In this document: piece after piece, positions 58,162-64,000 of the stretch
Numbering within the stretch: the stretch's first letter is position 1
Layout of the letters: every line of letters begins with the position of its first letter
NCBI GenBank assembly: GCA_041753535.1
Contig: JBGSUB010000003.1
Location: 5,905 to 69,904 of the forward strand
Origin: Lentimicrobiaceae bacterium
GTDB taxonomy: Bacteria; Bacteroidota; Bacteroidia; Bacteroidales; UBA4417
DNA: 64,000 nucleotides
Reading direction: 5' to 3'
Program-made: the position numbers and the translations under genes
The notes under the pieces: generated by a model
Told to the model about the DNA's origin: nothing
Seen by the model: the letters and a program-made list of their open reading frames with translations, nothing else
The model's database searches: none

Positions 58162-58716
58162 ATGGACCAGGCAGAAATAACAATGATTGGCAACCTTCAA
58201 AAAAACACAGGAAAATCCCTCGAAGAATGGATTGAAATTGTGAAAAAAAAGAATTTTGCAAAACACGGTGAGATTATTGCTTTTCTGAAGGAAGAACACT
58301 CTTTCAGTTATGGTTTTGCAAACCTTGTTGCACATAAAAGTAAAGGTTCGGATGCTGGTTCGGTTGATGATAGTTCTGAATTGATTGAGAAACAATATAA
58401 GGGGAAAGAACATTTCAGGCCGCTTTACGAAAGACTTATGGCCGAAATTCAGAAATTCGGAAGCGACATTGAAGTTGCACCGAAGAACGCTTATGTCAGC
58501 CTTCGCCGGAAGAAACAATTTGCATTATTGACGCCTGCAACCAAAACCCGGTTCGAAATTGGTATTATTCTGAAAGGCCAGGAACCAAAAGGTGTATTGG
58601 AGATAGTCCCTACTGCTAATGCAATGTGTTCGCATAAAATAAATATTGAGAAGGAACCGGATATTACAGTTGAGGTAATAGATTGGCTAAAAGCCGCTTA
58701 TGAAAAAGCCGGCTAA
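58162..58716 (+). CDS. DUF4287 + DUF5655 domain protein
   Basis: Start set at MDQAEITMIGNLQKNTGKSLEEWI (DUF4287-like); C-terminal ...YVSLRRKKQFALL (DUF5655-like). Confidence 0.6.
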   Translation: MDQAEITMIGNLQKNTGKSLEEWIEIVKKKNFAKHGEIIAFLKEEHSFSYGFANLVAHKSKGSDAGSVDDSSELIEKQYKGKEHFRPLYERLMAEIQKFGSDIEVAPKNAYVSLRRKKQFALLTPATKTRFEIGIILKGQEPKGVLEIVPTANAMCSHKINIEKEPDITVEVIDWLKAAYEKAG

Positions 58717-58773
58717 AGGTTTCAGTTGTTTAATTCGAAGCGAAATGAAAGTATCAAAACATATGCAAAAAAA

Positions 58774-58793
58774 ATGGCCGGAAAACCGGCCAT
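58774..58793. terminator. Bidirectional intrinsic terminator between convergent genes
   Basis: ATGGCCGG / CCGGCCAT stem, AAAA loop, A8 upstream and TTTTATTTT downstream. Confidence 0.8.
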
Positions 58794-58885
58794 TTTATTT
58801 TAAGAATCCGAAGTGTGCGTTTGAAACGCGCTTAGTTATAAATTGAAATTCAGATTTAACAAAATCCAATCGAATTACCTGCAGT

Positions 58886-60112
58886 CTATCTGATCACTAT
58901 TTTTTTGTTTGCAATTTCATTTTGAGTTTCAGCCTTTAGGAAGTAAACACCTTTTGGCAACGCACTTACATCCAATGTATTCTCGTTGTTCCCTGCAAAA
59001 CGATCCTGAAGTGCCATTTTCCCGTTTATGTCATAAAGGCTTACAAGGATATTACCCGATCCAGCACTTGTGGTTGAAATTGTAATTTTTGTGGTGGCGG
59101 GATTGGGAAACACGTTTAACGTGGTTTTATCATTTTCATTTACTGAAGTCGTTATGTAAGTTTCCATTGCAAAACTAGTATTATCGCACACAATTTCCGA
59201 AACACTGCCGGGCACAAATCCTGTAGTGTAAGTATTGTCGTTGGTATTAAAAACGATCATCTTTTGAGAAAAATTTGAATCAAAACCAACCAAAAGTAAA
59301 CTTCCGGTGTATTGATCGAAGGAAGACGATCCGCCCATAAAAGCCTCAAATTCTGCCAGATCACCTAATGTTATTATTTCGCCTGTCGATTTATTAATCT
59401 CCACTACTTTATTTCCCTCGTAATTACCCATTGCCGAATATTCAGCGTTCATTGCATAAATAGTATTGTTTACATTGTCGTAATTAACGCTGGTGATAAT
59501 GTTGCCGGGTGCCGTGGGAATAAGTGTGGTTTTCGTGTATGTAAAAACAGGCTCACGCACCTGAATCCCATACAAACATAAGCTTGGAAGAGTATCGTAA
59601 CCTGCATAGTAAAGAATTCCGTTATTCGAATCGAAACCCGTGGCATCAGCAATTAGACCCAGAATTCCAGGTTCGAATATCTGGCCAATCAAAGTTGCTT
59701 CGCCGGTATTGATATCGAACTCGTTTACACTTATATAATCAGTAACAGAGCCGCTAAGGGTATATATTTTACCGGTGCTCATATCAATCTCAGTAATACT
59801 GGAGAAAGTATTAAAGTTGCTGATATTCTGCTCATTTGTAATGCTGTTGAATGAAAAAAGCCCGCTTGCAGATGTACCGATACCGTTCAGATAATAGTTA
59901 CTGTTATAAGCATCGAAAACCGATGACCCAAAAACATACCCCTGCAAAGCAGTAGGGTAGATTGTAACCGACGACTGATCAAGGGCCTGCCATTTCACAA
60001 CGTCTATCCTTCCGGCTCCCGGGTTAGAACGCGCGCCTATCAGATTTATCTGCGCAATGCTGCTTAAGCTTAAGAGCATTATTGCTGAAATAGTAAGTTT
60101 TATATGTTTCAT
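58886..60112 (-). CDS. T9SS type-A sorting-domain secreted protein (beta-propeller-like repeats)
   Basis: Signal peptide; C-terminal LNVFPNPATTKITI...VSLYDINGKM...LPKGVYFLK. Confidence 0.8.
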   Translation of the reverse strand: MKHIKLTISAIMLLSLSSIAQINLIGARSNPGAGRIDVVKWQALDQSSVTIYPTALQGYVFGSSVFDAYNSNYYLNGIGTSASGLFSFNSITNEQNISNFNTFSSITEIDMSTGKIYTLSGSVTDYISVNEFDINTGEATLIGQIFEPGILGLIADATGFDSNNGILYYAGYDTLPSLCLYGIQVREPVFTYTKTTLIPTAPGNIITSVNYDNVNNTIYAMNAEYSAMGNYEGNKVVEINKSTGEIITLGDLAEFEAFMGGSSSFDQYTGSLLLVGFDSNFSQKMIVFNTNDNTYTTGFVPGSVSEIVCDNTSFAMETYITTSVNENDKTTLNVFPNPATTKITISTTSAGSGNILVSLYDINGKMALQDRFAGNNENTLDVSALPKGVYFLKAETQNEIANKKIVIR

Positions 60113-60231
60113 GTCATTTTCTTTTGAAACATAAACAGGAAAAAGTCTGAATTGTTCTTTTCCCTATTTAAAATTCAGACAAATAAGGCACTAAATAGAG
60201 GCTGTCCATAAAGTCATGTATCATTTTTATT

Positions 60232-60297
60232 TACGATGTACGATTGACAGTTATTACTCGCCGAAAATAAATCGTAAATCCTAAATCGTACCTCGTA
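60232..60297. repeat. TACGAT-word hairpin (same family as 21.8 kb)
   Basis: TACGATGTACGATT (60232-60245) pairs 13/14 with AATCGTACCTCGTA (60284-60297), 38-nt loop, followed on the + strand by T5. Confidence 0.75.
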
Positions 60298-60346
60298 CAT
60301 TTTTGGTTAAACCAAGTTTAAATAGGCACTCTAAGCAGGGGCGAGT

Positions 60347-62545
60347 TTATCTGCCTCCCGGGGGACAATTCTCGAGCAGGAATTTCTTGCAGGTTGTAGT
60401 CAGGTGCTGTGATGTACCTTCGCCTTCATAAATACCGTGCGAACGCATTGGGTAAGCCATCATCTGGAAAGGCTTGTTGTACCGGATCAGTTCGTTGAAA
60501 AGCTTTTCGGCATTGGCATAATGCACATTGTCGTCGCCCGTACCATGGATATAGAGCAGGTTTCCCTGTAAGTTTTTTGCATAGGTATAGGGTGAACCGG
60601 CTATAAAGTCCTCGCGTGTTTCGGCGGGTATTCCCATGTATCGTTCCTGGTATGCATTGTCGTATGCCAGTTGGTTGGCTACTGCAGCAACAGCGATACC
60701 TGTTTTGAATATTTCAGGATACTGGAACATCAGGTTCAGAGTGGATGAGCCGCCGCCACTCCATCCGTGCACAGCAACACGGCTGGTATCGCAGAAATCC
60801 CATTTCAGAACTTCTTTGGCTCCCATTGCCATATCGCGTATATTCAGTCTTCCTATCTGGCGGTACACTGACTTGCGCCACTCCCGGCCACGTGGGGCCT
60901 GGCTTCCACGGCAATCAACCGAAACATACAGGTAGCCCATGTCGGCAATGTTTCCGCCAAATTGTCCTGAGCGGCCAAGCCTTGCATTATCGAATACGGT
61001 ACATCCCCAGGGTTCGCCATACACATAAAAGAAAACGGGATATTTCTTCGAAGGATCAAAATCTTTTGGTTTGGCCATCCAGCCATCCAGCGTGATTCCG
61101 TCTTCGGTGGTCACTTTAAAGAAGGAAATCTGCTTGCCCATGGGATCTTCTTTCAGGTTGCTCAGGATACTTTTTGCCTGGTCGACCGGTGTATGCGAAG
61201 GGAGTGTAATCCATTCTGCGGCAGGGGAGTACAAGTGACTTGAAAAACTATGACGTGCCCATTTCCCGTTTGGCGAAAGCATGTAATCATTGCTTCCGGT
61301 AAAATCAGCGGGTGTAATACGGCGTGGGGCTTCCGAGCCATCAAGTTTTGTGCTGAAAAGGTATCGCTGTGTAGCATTTTCGGGTGTTGCAGCAAAATAC
61401 ACCAGGTTGTTTGGTTCATCTATCAGGTAAATCTTTATTACATCAAAATCTCCTTTTGTGATCAGGCTTTCCTTACCATCCATCCCAATGCGGTATAAGT
61501 GCCTCCATCCGTCTTTTTCACTGGCCCAGACGAATGCTTTGCCTCCTTCAATCCAGTTCCAGCCTGCGTTGTCGTTGGTATTCCAGGTGGCTTCAATGTC
61601 GATCCAGGCTTTATCGGTATCGCTCCAAAGTACTTTTGCAGAACCTGAAGTAGTATTTGCAAGCCAGATTTTCGAGACATTCTGTTTGCGGTTCAGTTGT
61701 TGCAGGATCAGTTCGTTTTTCGACGACCATTCCATCTTGGTTAGGTAATGCTGACGGGGATCGCCTTCTATATCCATCCATTTTGTTTTGGCGGTGGTAA
61801 CATCCACGACACCGATTTTTGCAGGTGAAGGGTCTTCTCCGGCTTTTGGGTATTCCACGGCTACCGTAAAAGGGTAAATGGAATCCGTTGTATTGAGCAT
61901 CAGGTAATTACGCACTTGAGAAGCATCCACATTCCAATAGGCAATGCGGGTACCATCAGGGCTCCACCTGAATCCATCAGTACAGAACAGTTCTTCGGAA
62001 TATACCCAATCGAAAGTACCGTTAATATTCCGGTCGCGGGTATCAAAAGTAAGTTGTTGTATTTTCCCGGTTTTCAGATCCTCAACATACAGGTTATAGA
62101 CAACTTTATTGTTCGATTTATCCTGGTATACAAAGGCAGCTTTTTTCCCGTCGGGCGAAAGTTTGGGATACATCAAGCCGTCGGTTCGCAGATTTTTGCC
62201 TAACTGCACAATTTTTTCTTCTGTTGCATTATATACCCATACTTCACCGGTAGTTTTATGATAAAGGGTTTCTGTATTAATTTTTAACAATACCTGTTTC
62301 AAATCCTTCGACAGTGAAAAGGATGAAATCATGCGCGGGGTTTTCTCATCTCCCTGAATAAGTTTCGCAAAATCGAACAGAACGGTCTTTTGCAGGGACG
62401 GTAATTCGGTTTTAACGATTGTATATTTATCGAGAGTCGCGTAACTATTACCATCCGGAAGCCATTCCAAACCGGCACTTCCGTGCTGTGCAAATGAAAA
62501 TAGCGAAATGAAACTCAGAAAAATCGTGAAGAGTATTGCTTTCAT
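60347..62545 (-). CDS. Dipeptidyl-peptidase IV (S9B family serine peptidase)
   Basis: 732 aa; DPP-IV N-terminal propeller then S9 catalytic domain with HGWSGGG nucleophile elbow and GTGDDNVH. Confidence 0.93.
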   Translation of the reverse strand: MKAILFTIFLSFISLFSFAQHGSAGLEWLPDGNSYATLDKYTIVKTELPSLQKTVLFDFAKLIQGDEKTPRMISSFSLSKDLKQVLLKINTETLYHKTTGEVWVYNATEEKIVQLGKNLRTDGLMYPKLSPDGKKAAFVYQDKSNNKVVYNLYVEDLKTGKIQQLTFDTRDRNINGTFDWVYSEELFCTDGFRWSPDGTRIAYWNVDASQVRNYLMLNTTDSIYPFTVAVEYPKAGEDPSPAKIGVVDVTTAKTKWMDIEGDPRQHYLTKMEWSSKNELILQQLNRKQNVSKIWLANTTSGSAKVLWSDTDKAWIDIEATWNTNDNAGWNWIEGGKAFVWASEKDGWRHLYRIGMDGKESLITKGDFDVIKIYLIDEPNNLVYFAATPENATQRYLFSTKLDGSEAPRRITPADFTGSNDYMLSPNGKWARHSFSSHLYSPAAEWITLPSHTPVDQAKSILSNLKEDPMGKQISFFKVTTEDGITLDGWMAKPKDFDPSKKYPVFFYVYGEPWGCTVFDNARLGRSGQFGGNIADMGYLYVSVDCRGSQAPRGREWRKSVYRQIGRLNIRDMAMGAKEVLKWDFCDTSRVAVHGWSGGGSSTLNLMFQYPEIFKTGIAVAAVANQLAYDNAYQERYMGIPAETREDFIAGSPYTYAKNLQGNLLYIHGTGDDNVHYANAEKLFNELIRYNKPFQMMAYPMRSHGIYEGEGTSQHLTTTCKKFLLENCPPGGR

Positions 62546-62579
62546 AGGAAATGAATTTTAATGCAGGTTGGTTCGCTGA

Positions 62580-62587
62580 CAAAGATA
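62580..62587 (-). promoter_or_regulatory. -7 promoter box (TAnnTTTG)
   Basis: TATCTTTG on minus strand, 34 nt upstream of ATG 62545. Confidence 0.5.
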
Positions 62588-62648
62588 GGAGTGATTGGTG
62601 AAATATGGAAAATTTTTGTAATCCTGAAGTTAAACATGATTTTTTTAT

Positions 62649-63125
62649 TCACACACGTTTATGCAAATGCAATCCGGTTGAATCTGCTATGGCTTCGGAA
62701 GCCAGGCTGCCCTCATGGCTGAAAGCCCAGATAAAAACTGCTTTCAGCGGATGCGTTTTACGGATATTTTCAATGGCATTTATGGAAAGCTGTTTTGTTA
62801 TCCCCTTTCTCCTGTACTCAGGCAGTACCAATGCCGAACAGAGGTACAATGCATCGTAAGTTGAACCGGGCTGTGTGAGTTCGAAAAGCTCTTTTTCAGA
62901 AATCTCACACTTCAGGAACCGATTCATTAATTCCAGTGTGGTAGGTAAAAGCAGAAGCCAGGCTACCGGCCCGTTTCCATCATCAAATTCTGAAATAGTG
63001 GCAGGATGAATGGTGAGCAACCTGTTAAGTACTTCCTGATTTACATCCAACTGATCCGGGTCATTTTTAACGGCGAATACCTCATCTGCGAGTTGGATCA
63101 TTCTTTCGAAGTTGGATAAAGTCAT
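62649..63125 (-). CDS. Hypothetical protein, possibly GNAT-fold
   Basis: 158 aa; VLPEYRRKGITKQL resembles GNAT motif A; otherwise unrecognised. Confidence 0.4.
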   Translation of the reverse strand: MTLSNFERMIQLADEVFAVKNDPDQLDVNQEVLNRLLTIHPATISEFDDGNGPVAWLLLLPTTLELMNRFLKCEISEKELFELTQPGSTYDALYLCSALVLPEYRRKGITKQLSINAIENIRKTHPLKAVFIWAFSHEGSLASEAIADSTGLHLHKRV

Positions 63126-63190
63126 GGTTCAGGAGCTACCTTTAATTGTTCCGAAAGCTATTCATGCATTGATTCTTTTTCGCAAAGAGA

Positions 63191-63901
63191 CTACTTTATC
63201 TCAAACTTCGCCTTAATCTCGTAACGTAATTTTATCTTTTTCACATTATCAACACTTGAATTATCCGGCGAAGCCATTACCGTATTGCTGGTGGCAAATT
63301 GCGATCTCAGGAAACTGTCGTTTTCAATTAATTCTGTTATTGAGATCACTTCACCCACTTGTTTACCGATGCTTTCGAGGAGGTAAGCAGCCTTGGTTTT
63401 AGCTGCTTTAAGTGCTTCTATTTTCACCTGTTTCCTGAATTCAGGCATATTCTTATTCTTTAGTTCCCTGATTACCATGTAATTAATTCCTTTGGTGTCA
63501 ATAGCCCTTGTGATTTCTTCAACTTTCTTAAAGTCATAAAGAATAATTTCCAACTGCTTGGAAATCATGAATTCTTTACCTCTGTGCCTCCAGTAATTAC
63601 CAACTTCCCTCACGATAATGTTTTCTTTCTGAATTCCGATTTTTGCCAGGTCGGCGAGCAGTTCACTTTCAATTTCGGCAATAGGGACTTTGGTTTTATA
63701 GTCCTTGAATTCAGTTTTTTTCTCAAATTCTTCTTTCCAGTACTCTTCAATTCCGATTTCGAACCTTATTTCATCGGGGTCAATTTCGAGTTCTGAACTG
63801 CCTGTGACTTCAATAAACCTGGTTGGTTCGTTATTCGTGTTTTGTGACCTGGTGATGCCAAATGTTAAAAACATTGCCAGTAAAAGGATCGCTTTTTTCA
63901 T
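63191..63901 (-). CDS. SIMPL/DUF541-domain periplasmic protein
   Basis: Signal peptide; RFIEVTGSSELEIDPDEIRFEIGIE start typical of the SIMPL family. Confidence 0.75.
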   Translation of the reverse strand: MKKAILLLAMFLTFGITRSQNTNNEPTRFIEVTGSSELEIDPDEIRFEIGIEEYWKEEFEKKTEFKDYKTKVPIAEIESELLADLAKIGIQKENIIVREVGNYWRHRGKEFMISKQLEIILYDFKKVEEITRAIDTKGINYMVIRELKNKNMPEFRKQVKIEALKAAKTKAAYLLESIGKQVGEVISITELIENDSFLRSQFATSNTVMASPDNSSVDNVKKIKLRYEIKAKFEIK

Positions 63902-64000
63902 GTGTGATTGCTTTTTTAAATGGTTGATATTGAATAATATTATCTGCTTACAATTAATTTATGATCTGATGACAATTAATAACCACATAGTAAATGTATT

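Overview
This looks like a core-chromosome segment of a Bacteroidota-type genome. The evidence is three T9SS type-A C-terminal sorting domains, one gliding-motility/type-B CTD, a fused FeoA-FeoB, a SurA/PpiC cluster, and about 19 TAnnTTTG -7 promoter boxes, most 15-60 nt upstream of start codons. I call 54 protein genes. Coding density is high. I see no rRNA, tRNA, CRISPR array, transposase, integrase, phage or recognisable defence genes. The region 0.3-12.2 kb is a metal/peroxide-stress neighbourhood. It holds a 1-Cys peroxiredoxin, a Fur-family regulator with KatG, an OprB-type porin with FeoAB and a Cys-rich FeoB-associated peptide, an outer-membrane channel with a ZIP transporter divergent from a DtxR/MntR repressor, and an overlapping hemerythrin-like/LuxR gene pair. 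The region 16-21 kb is a molybdenum-cofactor gene string (moeA-moaA-moaC ... MOSC-mogA) interrupted by PrsW and a small membrane protein. The rest is housekeeping: ppk1, sixA, glyA, an M16 peptidase pair, guaB, a PPIase/SurA cluster, moxR, a 2-Cys Prx, ispE, lptF/G, tgt, GT2, an ECF-type sigma factor, patatin, PPTase, an M19 dipeptidase, a sialate O-acetylesterase and DPP-IV. The unusual content is mostly non-coding. There is a 0.95 kb ORF-free gap at 12.33-13.28 kb. There are several families of short-word, strand-asymmetric intergenic repeats, some shared between distant loci: a 38-nt GGAGTATCC...GTGCGGGTT unit x5, the 14-mer GGGTTTGAAGAGTT x3, the GGGTGAGGGG/GAAACGGAGA pair x2, and TACGATGTACGATT x2. 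There is also a palindromic element with 20-bp perfect arms and a 14-nt tandem repeat with strong G-quadruplex potential. I found no convincing evidence of a new multi-gene system. The best protein-level candidate is the hemerythrin-like + pseudo-receiver LuxR pair. All functional calls come from motif recognition by eye; no searches or folding were run.
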